Part shown: piece after piece, positions 14,138 through 27,832 of the stretch
Position numbering within the stretch: position 1 is the first letter of the stretch
Layout: every line of letters begins with the position of its first letter
NCBI GenBank assembly: GCA_964016885.1
Contig: OZ024741.1
Coordinates: 164,672,001-164,736,000, forward strand
Reading direction: 5' to 3'
Source: Eledone cirrhosa
Taxonomy: Eukaryota
DNA length: 64,000 bases
Program-made: the position numbers and the translations under genes
The notes under the pieces: model-generated
The model's database searches: none
What the model was told of the DNA's origin: nothing
The model's input: only the letters and a program-made list of their open reading frames with translations

Positions 14138-14350
14138 GCATCATCATCATTTAACATCCATTTTCCATCTTAGCATGGATCAGATGTGTTGTCCAGTTGT
14201 GAGACAAGTCAGGTCAGATGACTGTGTCTTGCTCATACAGAACAGTTTCTTGCTTGGTTTCTATGGCTGGATGCCCTTCCTAATGCCAACATTAGTGGAC
14301 TGGGTGTTTTTTGTCATTGCTCCAATACAACCACTTTACAGTGTGGACTA
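14138..14350 (-). mobile_element. RTE-type 3' tail fragment
   Basis: Same motifs as 13523-13700. Confidence 0.7.
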
Positions 14351-14683
14351 GGCACTGAGCTTGTTTCCTGTAAGCGCTTGCTGCTTACTGCTCCTGTGCA
14401 TTGACCACATGTAAAACCTATGTTCTTTGCTAGCCTGCCTGAGGTCCCACTACATCTCTTGTGTACCCATAGTTTGTATTTGAAAGAAAGGATGGAATTT
14501 AATTTTCTATATATATATATGCATCAACAACTGTAAATATATACTACCATCAGTACTCTACCCTGGTCAGGATTATAGAGTACAGTAGAAAAGGTCCTAT
14601 AATCTATGACTCACAACTTAGAACCCAGTATGAAAAGTGGACATATGATGATGATGATAATTATGATTATACACACATATATA

Positions 14684-14990
14684 TGAAACGTTAAGACCCT
14701 CTTCCTGCTATTTCAAGTGTTAACCTAATATATTCCTTCCACCTACTGTACTGATTGCGTTGTTATTTCTGTTTACCTTTAATTCTCCTCCCTTTTCTCT
14801 CCCCCACTTTTTTTTAAATGTCTTTCCACCACTCCCCCACACACCCTCGGAACTCTCTTCCTACCCACTTTTCTCCTGATGAAGGGCTTATGCCCGAAAC
14901 GTCCCCCCCCCCCACTCTCAAAAGCGTGAACCTAATAAACTACTATTTGTTCTGCCTCTCTGTTTTTGTTCCTGTCCAATTTTTAACTAT
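14684..14990 (+). mobile_element. Penelope-like pLTR fragment with minimal hammerhead core
   Basis: cCTGATGAagggcttatgcccGAAACGTC at 14876-14903. Upstream gaaacgttaagaccctcttcc block is shared with 16485-16580 and 34885-34982. Confidence 0.6.
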
Positions 14991-15004
14991 ATATATATAT
15001 ATAT

Positions 15005-15388
15005 TACAGGAAAAAGAGAATCAGTGTTGCGACGAAAGGAATTTATTGGACATATTACAAATGTTTCTCGGGCGACCAGCTCGAGGCACGATCGATGTGG
15101 TGATCACACCTGACTCTGAAATCAACACGGTCGTCAGATCCGTCTCGAATTCTACGAAGCAGATTTTTCTTCTTCGTAGAATCGAGATGGATCTGACGAC
15201 CGTGATCACCACATCGATCGTGCCTCGAGCTGGTCACCCGAGAAACATTTGTAATATGTCCAATAAATTCCTTTCGTCGCAACACTGATTCTCTTTTTTC
15301 TGTGATATCATACTCTGCTCTACGAGGGCATTGAGTGCTCATACGGCCTACCGCATACGGACGCTTTAAGCATTCAACACTAATTATA
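15005..15388. mobile_element. Fold-back element with long-stem-II hammerhead on both arms
   Basis: Inverted arms ~15007-15159 and ~15172-15302. CTGACGA...GAAACatttGTA on minus (15049-15144) and plus (15186-15260). Unpaired tail 15303-15388. Confidence 0.75.
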
Positions 15389-15526
15389 TATATATATATA
15401 TAGGCAACGCGGTAAAAACCTCCCAGACCCACACTGTAAATGTGGTTGGTGTTAGGAAGGGCATCCAACTGTAGAAAACCTGCCAGACAGTCCTATGCGA
15501 GCAAGACAATCACTCTTGCCTCAATT

Positions 15527-15602
<76 letters not shown>

Positions 15603-15811
15603 AATTTTACTCATTTATTAGGTGTTTTTTAGCTCAATGCAATGATAGGATCATGCAGAGCTGTTATATAGTTACAGTTTGTTTATAAACCAAAGAATTT
15701 AAGGGTTTAAAACATTTACAGACTATACTAGTGGCAAATTGTTAGATAACATGATTTTCTATAGTTAGCATAACCTGGGTAGAAACAATTGTCAGTTATT
15801 AAATGCCTTAA

Positions 15812-16031
15812 CCCTTTAGCATTCACACTATTCTATATATACTATTATATTTTCATGGTAAAGGCTTTATCTCGTATAATTATCTCACATAATATCGAAT
15901 CTATGAGATTTTGAAAGTATTTATTTTGAGAACAATACCTTAACATTAGTTTGAGCGACCAGTTACAGCCAGTTTTAACAGAAAGAGGTAGAGAATTCTG
16001 GCCATTTTTGTCCGGTTTGAACATTAAAGGG
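15812..16031. mobile_element. piggyBac-like MITE
   Basis: TTAA|ccctttagcattca...tgaacattaaaggg|TTAA. Related copies at 48654, 49652 and 58288. Confidence 0.85.
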
Positions 16032-16359
16032 TTAAACCCTTAAATTCTTTGGTTTGTAAATAAACTAACTATATATATATGTATCCCTTCACAGTTCTGT
16101 ATACACACACAGACACACATACACTATTATATTAACATACTTTAGTTCACAGCTTCGTACTTACAAGCACACACACTCTTTTACTTACATATACACACAC
16201 ACATTTCCTCTTAGTTTCATACAGATGTATAATAACATACACACACATGTACAGCTCTATATACAAAACGGTTTTTTTTTCCATTTCAGGTAGACGCGCT
16301 CCATCATCCACTTTTCTAAAAAAGTATATCATTCACAAAACGCCAGCATCAATGGTTTT

Positions 16360-16580
16360 GCAAGAGATGGCAACATGAATGGACCTGTTATTTTTCTTTA
16401 AAACCATTTTTTCCACACTGTCCGTCCCTTCACTTCAATCTTTCTAATGTCTTATTTTTTCTTTTGATGAAGGACTAGCGTCCAAAATGTTAAGACCCTC
16501 TTCCTACTATTTCAAGCATTAACCTAATACATTCCTTCCATATACTGTACCGATTGTGTTGTTATTTCTGTTTACCTTTT
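16360..16580 (+). mobile_element. Penelope-like pLTR-family fragment with mutated hammerhead
   Basis: Homologous to 34885-35105. Core reads tTTGATGAaggactagcgtccAAAATGTTaaga. Confidence 0.55.
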
Positions 16581-16595
16581 ACATACATACATATA

Positions 16596-17436
16596 TCCAT
16601 ATATATATATATATATATAAAACTGAGGATGTCTGTCTGTGTGTGTGTGAGTTTGAATCCCTAAAACTAGAGAACCACCCAACCGACTGCTTTCAAACTT
16701 TACACATGTAATACTTATGTTTCAGGGAGTGTTCTGAGCAAAAAGAATTTCAAATTTTCAATGCCCTAGAGACCGCATTAGGCGATTTAGCGATCTCTCT
16801 CTATAATTCTTAGTCTTTCTCTTTTTAGATAGATACATACATATAACATCGCGCCCTTATAATATCTGTCTGCATTACGTCACTTCCCTGAGGATGTCTG
16901 TCTGTGAGTTTGAATCCCTAAAACTCGAGAAATATCCAACCGACTTTTTGATCCCCTAGGGCCTGCATTAGGTGAAAACTGCGTTTTTTCAGGTTTTTAG
17001 GTTTTTTTTGAGGCGTTACGTCAGACTAATTTCCTTGAAATTGTAACTATGTATTAGTCAGTCTCTTCTTCATACCGTGAGCAAAGAAAATCCAACTTTT
17101 TTATGGCCTAGGGCCTGCATTAGGTGAAAAACTTCATTTTTTCAACTTTTTAGGGCTTATTGGAGGCGTTACGTCTAGCCGATTTTCCCGAAAAATCAAG
17201 GCATATTATGCACATTAAAAAAATTCATCTTCTTGATCCCCTAGGGCCCGCATTAAGTGAAAACCTGCATTTTTCCTGCTTCATCGAGTAAAATCTTAAA
17301 GATTATCCAGCCATCAGAGTTTTCGGTTTATTTTCTTTACATATTGTCCAGGCATGCAATTTTTCCATGATTAGGTCTGTTGGCAGCCTGCGTTCCAAAA
17401 TACCTTATCTCGTGCAACGCCGGGTACCACTGCTAG
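16596..17436 (+). mobile_element. Non-autonomous Helitron
   Basis: A|TC start, subterminal hairpin ctcgtgcaacgccggg, CTAG|T end, internal repeated ccctagggcctgcattaggtgaaaa blocks. Confidence 0.75.
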
Positions 17437-17452
17437 TATATATATATGTATA

Positions 17453-17730
17453 TATAATTGGTGTTGGATGCTTAAAGCATCCGTATGCGGTTGGCCGTTT
17501 GAGCACTCGATGCTCTCATCGAGCAGAGTATGATATCACAGAAAAAAAATGGAATTTATTGAGCATATTACAATCGTTTCTCTGGCGACCAGCTCGAGGC
17601 ACGATCAATATCAGAGTCAGGTTCGATCATCACATCGATCGTGCCTCGAACTGGTCGACAGAGAAACGATTGTAATATGCTCAATAAATTCCATTCGTCG
17701 CAACACTGATTCTCTTTTTTTCTGTGATAT
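17453..17730. mobile_element. Fold-back element, same family as 15005-15388, opposite orientation
   Basis: Tail 17453-17535 is the reverse complement of 15303-15388. Arms ~17549-17609 and ~17634-17694. Confidence 0.8.
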
Positions 17731-17735
17731 ATATA

Positions 17736-18074
17736 TCATCATCATCATCATTTTTACGTCCGCTTTTCCCTGCTTGCAAGGGTGGGACGGGAACTGATTC
17801 TGGCTTGATTTCTACAGCTGGATGCCCTTCCAAACACCAACCTCATTTACAGTGAGTGGTGCATGCTTTTTTTCTGTGGCGCCTACACGTCCACTTTGCA
17901 GTGGAATGATAGGGACCCCAGTCCCTATCATCTCATTTCTACAGCTGAGTAAACTGAAGCAATGTGAAATAAAGTGTCTTGCTCAAGGAAACAAGACATC
18001 ACCCAGTCTGAGAATTGAACTCACAACCTTTCGATTGCAAGGCCAATGCTCTAACCACTAAGCCATGTGCTTCC
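17736..18074 (-). mobile_element. SINE family A
   Basis: Near-identical to other copies. Confidence 0.9.
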
Positions 18075-18146
18075 ACACACACACACATATATATATATGT
18101 GTGTGTGTGTGGAAGCACATGGCTTAGTGGTTAGAGCATCAATTCT

Positions 18147-18300
<154 letters not shown>

Positions 18301-18341
18301 CGAAACATAAGTCAATTGCATGAACTCATAATCCTTTATTT

Positions 18342-18397
18342 ACTGCTATATATATTTCGATGATAGCCATTGAATGGCTATGAGCTCATCAGGCAGT
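18342..18397 (-). ncRNA. Type I hammerhead ribozyme motif
   Basis: actgc CTGATGA gctcatagccattcaatggctatcatc GAAA t atat a TA gcagt; stem I actgc/gcagt, stem II hairpin atagccat/atggctat. Confidence 0.75.
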
Positions 18398-18674
18398 TAG
18401 TCAGTTCTTAGATATGCCAGCTCTTTGTTTATAGTGTTGATGGTATCAGAGCCTTGGGACATATCTATATATATGTGTATTTCCACACTGGTATATGCTG
18501 CAATGAAATGAAAATTTGACCCAATATTGTTGGGTGTAGACTGGGACAACATTATTCATACAAAACTGAGTCAGTGTAAATTTCTCATTTCTCATGACTG
18601 ACGACCAGTAATGTGAGTACTCTGATGCTACTTTGGACATACATATGTGTTTATATGCACTTGTGTTGTGTGTA

Positions 18675-18800
18675 AATGTGTGTGGCTTAGATGTTGGGGT
18701 GCTTAGGTCATAATCATAAGGTCGTAAGTTCAATTCCTGGTTGCTCATCGTATCCTTGAGCAAGACACTTTATTTCACATTGCTCCAGCCCACTCACCTG
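18675..18800 (+). mobile_element. Diverged SINE head + CORE-like segment
   Basis: gtggcttagatg, aagttcaattcc, ccttgagcaagacactttatttcac. Confidence 0.7.
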
Positions 18801-19219
18801 GAAGAAAATCCCAGATCTTTTCTTTAACCTGAGAACCACAACAAATATTCTACCGTCCAACACACTCCAACAATTATAACATGGCTTTTTTTTTCTTTGA
18901 TATAGGAAAGCTTTTTTTTCCCCTTTATCATCACCATCATTGACACTACTACCATCAACCTCATCAGCATCATCAACCTCATCATCCTTTCTATCATGGC
19001 CACCAGTACTGGATGAAAATCATTAGTATTTGTGATTCAAAGGGGCAGCTTTGTAACCACAAAGGGGCAGCTTTGTATGTCAAGCTGAATTTTCCTAAGA
19101 ACTATGTTATGGGGAAGATGTGTGTTTGTGGAATGCTTAGTCACTTACACTATGATAGACAAGATGGACTGTCCTGGTAATCCAAAGATCCAATCTTGTC
19201 ACACACTGTGTAATACTGA

Positions 19220-19640
19220 ATCATCATCATCAACATCATCGCCATTTTATGTCCGTTCTTCCACGCTAGCATGGGTTAGACGGGTTGTCCAGTCGGCGGA
19301 CCTTGTCTTGCTCATACGGGAACTGATTCTGGCTTGATTTCTACAGCTGGATGCCCTTCCTAACACCAACCTCATTTACAGTGAGTGCTGGGTGCTTTTT
19401 TTGCCGTGGCACCTCACGTCCACTTTACAGTGTGGGCTGGGTGCTTTTTTGCCGTGGCACCTCCACGACCACTTTTCAGTGAGAGGGGGTGGGGGCATAT
19501 TGTCTATATGCTTCAGCTTCGGCTTGTACCCGTGGGGGGTCGGGTACTCTGTATTACTGCGTGGCGCCAGAGGTCACGGTCGTGTGTCATCGCCTTTGAG
19601 AGGTGTAATTGGGTAAGATTGCTGAGAACTATGTTAAAGG
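19220..19640 (-). mobile_element. RTE 3'-UTR-derived element
   Basis: Homologous to 10382-10960. Confidence 0.7.
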
Positions 19641-19789
19641 TGCATATGTCTGTAGATGTTCAGACATTTGAACATTAATTTCACAAGCAGGCTGTTCAGT
19701 TGATCAAACAACTGGAACGCTTGTTAGAACCAAAGGAGCTCTATCACATACATGCATGTATGTGCATGTGTGTGTGAGTGTGTATGTGG

Positions 19790-19856
<67 letters not shown>

Positions 19857-20004
19857 TGTGTATGTGTATGTGTCTGTGTGTGTGAAATGATAGAAAATAT
19901 TGATTTTAATTATAAAAAGAGATAGGATCCCAACTGTGTAGACTATCTATTTCAGAATCTCACCTTTTGAAATAGGAAGATCACATTGATAGGTTGTTAC
20001 TAAT

Positions 20005-23000
20005 GACTACAGATAATGATGATGATGATGACAATGATGGTGATGATGATGATAGTAGTGATGGCAGTGATAGTGGTGGTAGTAATGATGATGGTGATGG
20101 TGTTGGCAATGATAGAAAGGCTGATGATGGTGATGATGATAAGGGTGATGACAGTGGTGGCGAAGATGGTGGAGGTAGTGATGATGGTGATGATGAGGTT
20201 GATGGTAGTGGTGGCAATGGTGGTGGAGGTAGTGATGATGGTGATGATGATAAGGGTGATGACAGTGGTGGCAATGGTGGTGGAGGTAGTGATGATGATG
20301 GTGATGATGATAAGGTTGATGGTAGTGGTGGCAATGGTGGTGGAGGTAGTGATGATGGTGGTGATGAGGTTGATGGTAGTGGTGGCAATGGTGGTGGAGG
20401 TAGTGATGATGGTGATGATGATGAGGTTGATGGTAGTGGTGGCAAAGATGGTGGAGGTAGTGATGATGGTGATGATGATGATGAGGTTGATGGTAGTGGT
20501 GGCAATGGTGGTGGAGGTAGTGATGATGGTGATGATGAGGTTGATGGTAGTGGTGGCAATGGTGGTGGAGGTAGTGATGATGATGATGATGATGAGGTTG
20601 ATGGTAGTGGTGGCAATGATGGTGGAGGTAGTGATGATGGTGATGATGATAAGGTTGATGGTAGTGGTGGCAATGGTGGTGGAGGTAGTGATGATGGTGA
20701 TGATGATGATGAGGTTGATGGTAGTGGTGGCAATGGTGGTGGAGGTAGTGATGATGGTGATGGTGATGATGAGGTTGATGGTAGTGGTGGCAATGGTGGT
20801 GGAGGTAGTGATGATGGTGATGGTGATGATGAGGTTGATGGTAGTGGTGGCAATGATGGTGGAGGTAGTGATGATGGTGATGATGATAAGGTTGATGGTA
20901 GTGGTGGCAATGGTGGTGGAGGTAGTGATGATGGTGATGATGATGATGAGGTTGATGGTAGTGGTGGCAATGGTGGTGGAGGTAGTGATGATGGTGATGA
21001 TGATGAGGTTGATGGTAGTGGTGGCAATGGTGGTGGAGGTAGTGATGATGATGATGATGATGATGAGGTTGATGGTAGTGGTGGCAATGGTGGTGGAGGT
21101 AGTGATGAGGTTGATGATGATGATGAGGTTGATGGTAGTGGTGGCAAAGATGGTGGGGGTAGTGATGATGGTGATGATGATGATGAGGTTGATGGTAGTG
21201 GTGGCAATGGTGGTGGAGGTAGTGATGATGGTGATGATGATGATGAGGTTGATGGTAGTGGTGGCAATGGTGGTGGAGGTAGTGATGGTGATGATGATGA
21301 TGATGAGGTTGATGGTAGTGGTGGCAATGGTGGTGGAGGTAGTGATGAGGTTGATGAGGTTGATGGTAGTGGTGGCAATGATGGTGGAGGTAGTGATGAT
21401 GGTGGTGGTGGTGATGAGGTTGATGGTAGTGGTGGCAATGGTGGTGGAGGTAGTGATGATGGTGATGATGATGAGGTTGATGGTAGTGGTGGCAATGGTG
21501 GTGGAGGTAGTGATGATGGTGATGATGATAAGGTTGATGGTAGTGGTGGCAATGGTGGTGGAGGTAGTGATGATGGTGATGATGATAAGGTTGATGGTAG
21601 TGGTGGCAATGGTGGTGGAGGTAGTGATGATGGTGATGATGGTGAGGTTGATGGTAGTGGTGGCAATGGTTGTGGAGGTAGTGATGATGATGATGGTGAT
21701 GATGAGGTTGATGGTAGTGGTGGCAATGGTGGTGGAGGTAATGATGATGATGATGAGGTTGATGGTAGTGGTGGCAATGGTGGTGGAGGTAGTGATGATG
21801 GTGATGATGATGAGGTTGATGGTAGTGGTGGCAATGGTGGTGGAGGTAGTGATGATGGTGGTGATGATGAGGTTGATGGTAGTGGTGGCAATGGTGGTGG
21901 AGGTAGTGATGATGGTGATGATGATGAGGTTGATGGTAGTGGTGGCAATGGTGGTGGAGGTAGTGATGATGGTGATGATGATGAGGTTGATGGTAGTGGT
22001 GGCAATGGTGGTGGAGGTAGTGATGATGGTGATGAGGTTGATGGTAGTGGTGGCAATGGTGGTGGAGGTAGTGATGATGGTGATGATGATGAGGTTGATG
22101 GTAGTGGTGGCAATGGTGGTGGAGGTAGTGATGATGGTGATGATGATGAGGTTGATGGTAGTGGTGGCAATGGTGGTGGAGGTAGTGATGATGGTGATGA
22201 GGTTGATGGTAGTGGTGGCAATGGTGGTGGAGGTAGTGATGATGGTGGTGATGATGGTGAGGTTGATGGTAGTGGTGGCAATGGTGGTGGAGGTAGTGAT
22301 GATGGTGATGGTGATGATGAGGTTGATGGTAGTGGTGGCAATGGTGGTGGAGGTAGTGATGATGATGATGATGATGAGGTTGATGGTAGTGGTGGCAATG
22401 GTGGTGGAGGTAGTGATGATGATGATGATGATGATGAGGTTGATGGTAGTGGTGGCAATGGTGGTGGAGGTAGTGATGGTGATGATGATGATGAGGTTGA
22501 TGGTAGTGGTGGCAATGGTGGTGGAGGTAGTGATGGTGATGGTGATGAGATTGATGGTAGTGGTGGCAATGGTGGTGGAGGTAGTGATGATGATGATGGT
22601 GGTGAGGTTGATGGTAGTGGTGGCAATGGTGGTGGAGGTAGTGATGATGATGATGATGGTGATGAGGTTGATGGTAGTGGTGGCAATGGTGGTGGAGGTA
22701 GTGATGATGGTGATGGTGGTGAGGTTGATGGTAGTGGTGGCAATGGTGGTGGAGGTAGTGATGATGATGATGATGGTGATGAGGTTGATGGTAGTGGTGG
22801 CAATGGTGGTGGAGGTAGTGATGATGATGATGGTGGTGAGGTTGATGGTAGTGGTGGCAATGGTGGTGGAGGTAGTGATGATGATGATGATGGTGATGAG
22901 GTTGATGGTAGTGGTGGCAATGGTGGTGGAGGTAGTGATGATGGTGATGGTGATGATGAGGTTGATGGTAGTGGTGGCAATGGTGGTGGAGGTAATGATG

Positions 23001-26000
23001 ATGATGATGAGGTTGATGGTAGTGGTGGCAATGGTGGTGGAGGTAGTGATGATGATGATGATGATGAGGTTGATGGTAGTGGTGGCAATGGTGGTGGAGG
23101 TAGTGATGATGATGATGGTGATGGTGAGGTTGATGGTAGTGGTGGCAATGGTGGTGGAGGTAGTGATGAGGTTGATGGTAGTGGTGGCAATGGTGGTGGA
23201 GGTAGTGATGATGGTGATGATGATGAGGTTGATGGTAGTGGTGGCAATGGTGGTGGAGGTAGTGATGGTGATGATGGTGATGATGAGGTAGATGGTAGTG
23301 GTGGCAATGGTGGTGGAGGTAGTGATGATGGTGATGATGAGGTTGATGGTAGTGGTGGCAATGGTGGTGGAGGTAGTGATGATGGTGATGATGATGATGA
23401 GGTTGATGGTAGTGGTGGCAATGGTGGTGGAGGTAGTGATGATGGTGATGATGAGGTTGATGGTAGTGGTGGCAATGGTGGTGGAGGTAGTGATGATGGT
23501 GGTGATGAGGTTGATGGTAGTGGTGGCAATGGTGGTGGAGGTAGTGATGATGGTGATGATGATGAGGTTGATGGTAGTGGTGGCAATGGTGGTGGAGGTA
23601 GTGATGATGGTGATGATGAGGTTGATGGTAGTGGTGGCAATGGTGTTGGAGGTAGTGATGGTGATGATGGTGATGATGAGGTAGATGGTAGTGGTGGCAA
23701 TGGTGGTGGAGGTAGTGATGATGGTGATGATGAGGTTGATGGTAGTGGTGGCAATGGTGGTGGAGGTAGTGATGATGGTGGTGATGAGGTTGATGGTAGT
23801 GGTGGCAATGGTGGTGGAGGTAGTGATGATGGTGATGATGATGAGGTTGATGGTAGTGGTGGCAATGGTGGTGGAGGTAGTGATGAGGTTGATGAGGTTG
23901 ATGGTAGTGGTGGCAATGGTGGTGGAGGTAGTGATGATGGTGGTGATGAGGTTGATGGTAGTGGTGGCAATGGTGGTGGAGGTAGTGATGATGGTGATGA
24001 TGAGGTTGATGGTAGTGGTGGCAATGGTGGTGGAGGTAGTGATGATGGTGATGATGATGATGAGGTTGATGGTAGTGGTGGCAATGGTGGTGGAGGTAGT
24101 GATGATGGTGATGATGAGGTTGATGGTAGTGGTGGCAATGGTGGTGGAGGTAGTGATGATGGTGGTGATGAGGTTGATGGTAGTGGTGGCAATGGTGGTG
24201 GAGGTAGTGATGATGGTGATGGTGATGATGTTGATGGTAGTGGTGGCAATGGTGGTGGAGGTAGTGATGATGGTGATGATGAGGTTGATGGTAGTGGTGG
24301 CAATGGTGGTGGAGGTAGTGATGATGGTGATGATGATGATGAGGTTGATGGTAGTGGTGGCAATGGTGGTGGAGGTAGTGATGATGGTGATGATGAGGTT
24401 GATGGTAGTGGTGGCAATGGTGGTGGAGGTAGTGATGATGGTGGTGATGAGGTTGATGGTAGTGGTGGCAATGGTGGTGGAGGTAGTGATGATGGTGATG
24501 ATGAGGTTGATGGTAGTGGTGGCAATGGTGGTGGAGGTAGTGATGATGGTGATGATGATGAGGTTGATGGTAGTGGTGGCAATGGTGGTGGAGGTAGTGA
24601 TGATGGTGATGATGAGGTTGATGGTAGTGGTGGCAATGGTGGTGGAGGTAGTGATGGTGATGATGGTGATGATGAGGTAGATGGTAGTGGTGGCAATGGT
24701 GGTGGAGGTAGTGATGATGATGGTGATGATGATGAGGTTGATGGTAGTGGTGGCAATGGTGGTGGAGGTAGTGATGATGGTGATGATGAGGTTGATGGTA
24801 GTGGTGGCAATGGTGGTGGAGGTAGTGATGATGGTGATGATGATGATGAGGTTGATGGTAGTGGTGGCAATGGTGGTGGAGGTAGTGATGATGGTGATGA
24901 TGAGGTTGATGGTAGTGGTGGCAATGGTGGTGGAGGTAGTGATGATGGTGATGATGATGAGGTTGATGGTAGTGGTGGCAATGGTGGTGGAGGTAGTGAT
25001 GATGGTGATGATGAGGTTGATGGTAGTGGTGGCAATGGTGGTGGAGGTAGTGATGGTGATGATGGTGATGATGAGGTAGATGGTAGTGGTGGCAATGGTG
25101 GTGGAGGTAGTGATGATGGTGATGATGGTGATGAGGTTGATGGTAGTGGTGGCAATGGTGGTGGAGGTAGTGATGATGATGGTGATGATGATGAGGTTGA
25201 TGGTAGTGGTGGCAATGGTGGTGGAGGTAGTGATGATGGTGATGATGAGGTTGATGGTAGTGGTGGCAATGGTGGTGGAGGTAGTGATGATGGTGATGAT
25301 GATGATGAGGTTGATGGTAGTGGTGGCAATGGTGGTGGAGGTAGTGATGATGGTGATGATGATGAGGTTGATGGTAGTGGTGGCAATGGTGGTGGAGGTA
25401 GTGATGATGGTGATGAGGTTGATGGTAGTGGTGGCAATGGTGGTGGAGGTAGTGATGATGATGATGATGATAAGGTTGATGGTAGTGGTGGCAATGGTGG
25501 TGGAGGTAGTGATGATGGTGGTGAGGTTGATGGTAGTGGTGGCAATGGTGGTGGAGGTAGTGATGATGATGATGATGATGAGGTTGATGGTAGTGGTGGC
25601 AATGGTCGTGGAGGTAGTGATGATGGTGATGATGATGAGGTTGATGGTAGTGGTGGCAATGGTGGTGGAGATAGTGATGGTGATGGTGATGATGATGAGG
25701 TTGATGGTAGTGGTGGCAATGGTGGTGGAGGTAGTGATGATGATGATGATGATGAGGTTGATGGTAGTGGTGGCAATGGTGGTGGAGGTAGTGATGATGG
25801 TGATGATGATGAGGTTGATGGTAGTGGTGGCAATGGTGGTGGAGGTAGTGATGATGGTGGTGATGATGGTGAGGTTGATGGTAGTGGTGGCAATGGTGGT
25901 GGAGGTAGTGATGATGGTGATGATGATAAGGTTGATGGTAGTGGTGGCAATGGTGGTGGAGGTAGTGATGATGGTGGTGATGATGAGGTTGATGGTAGTG

Positions 26001-27832
26001 GTGGCAATGGTGGTGGAGGTAGTGATGATGGTGATGATGATAAGGTTGATGGTAGTGGTGGCAATGGTGGTGGAGGTAGTGATGATGGTGATGAGGTTGA
26101 TGGTAGTGGTGGCAATGGTGGTGGAGGTAGTGATGATGGTGATGGTGATGGTGATGATGAGGTTGATGGTAGTGGTGGCAATGGTGGTGGAGGTAGTGAT
26201 GGTGATGATGAGGTTGATGGTAGTGGTGGCAATGGTGGTGGAGGTAGTGATGATGATGATGATGGTGATGAGGTTGATGGTAGTGGTGGCAATGGTGGTG
26301 GAGGTAGTGATGATGGTGGTGAGGTTGATGGTAGTGGTGGCAATGGTGGTGGAGGTAGTGATGATGATGATGATGATGAGGTTGATGGTAGTGGTGGCAA
26401 TGGTGGTGGAGGTAGTGATGATGATGATGAGGTTGATGGTAGTGGTGGCAATGGTGGTGGAGGTAGTGATGATGATGATGATGGTGATGAGGTTGATGGT
26501 AGTGGTGGCAATGGTGGTGGAGGTAGTGATGATGGTGGTGAGGTTGATGGTAGTGGTGGCAATGGTGGTGGAGGTAGTGATGATGATGATGATGATGAGG
26601 TTGATGGTAGTGGTGGCAATGGTGGTGGAGGTAGTGATGATGATGATGATGGTGATGAGGTTGATGGTAGTGGTGGCAATGGTGGTGGAGGTAGTGATGA
26701 TGGTGATGATGATGAGGTTGATGGTAGTGGTGGCAATGGTGGTGGAGGTAGTGATGATGGTGATGGTGATGGTGAGGTTGATGGTAGTGGTGGCAATGGT
26801 GGTGGAGGTAGTGATGATGGTGATGATGGTGAGGTTGATGGTAGTGGTGGCAATGGTGGTGGAGGTAGTGATGATGGTGATGGTGAGGTTGATGGTAGTG
26901 GTGGCAATGGTGGTGGAGGTAGTGATGATGATGATGATGATGAGGTTGATGGTAGTGGTGGCAATGATGGTGGAGGTAGTGATGATGGTGATGATGGTGA
27001 GGTTGATGGTAGTGGTGGCAATGGTGGTGGAGGTAGTGATGGTGATGATGATGATGAGATTGATGGTAGTGGTGGCAATGATGGTGGAGGTAGTGATGAT
27101 GGTGGTGATGAGGTTGATGGTAGTGGTGGCAATGGTGGTGGAGGTAGTGATGGTGATGATGATGATGAGGTTGATGGTAGTGGTGGCAATGGTGGTGGAG
27201 GTAGTGATGGTGATGATGATGATGAGGTTGATGGTAGTGGTGGCAATGGTGGTGGAGGTAGTGATGATGGTGATGATGATGAGGTTGATGGTAGTGGTGG
27301 CAATGGTGGTGGAGGTAGTGATGATGGTGATGATGATGAGGTTGATGGTAGTGGTGGCAATGGTGGTGGAGGTAGTGATGATGGTGATGATGATGAGGTT
27401 GATGGTAGTGGTGGCAATGGTGGTGGAGGTAGTGATGATGGTGATGATGATGAGGTTGATGGTAGTGGTGGCAATGGTGGTGGAGGTAGTGATGATGGTG
27501 ATGATGATGAGGTTGATGGTAGTGGTGGCAATGGTGGTGGAGGTAGTGATGATGGTGATGATGATGAGGTTGATGGTAGTGGTGGCAATGGTGGTGGAGG
27601 TAGTGATGATGGTGATGGTGAGGTTGATGGTAGTGGTGGCAATGGTGGTGGAGGTAGTGATGATGATGATGATGATGAGGTTGATGGTAGTGGTGGCAAT
27701 GATGGTGGAGGTAGTGATGATGGTGATGATGGTGAGGTTGATGGTAGTGGTGGCAATGGTGGTGGAGGTAGTGATGATGATGATGATGATGATAAGGTTG
27801 ATGGTAGTGGTGGCAATGGTGGTGGAGGTAGT
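20005..27832. repeat. 7.8 kb satellite: constant 39 bp unit GAGGTTGATGGTAGTGGTGGCAATGGTGGTGGAGGTAGT plus variable (GAT/GGT)n spacer
   Basis: Roughly 135 units. Produces 2600-aa ORFs in several frames. Confidence 0.95.
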
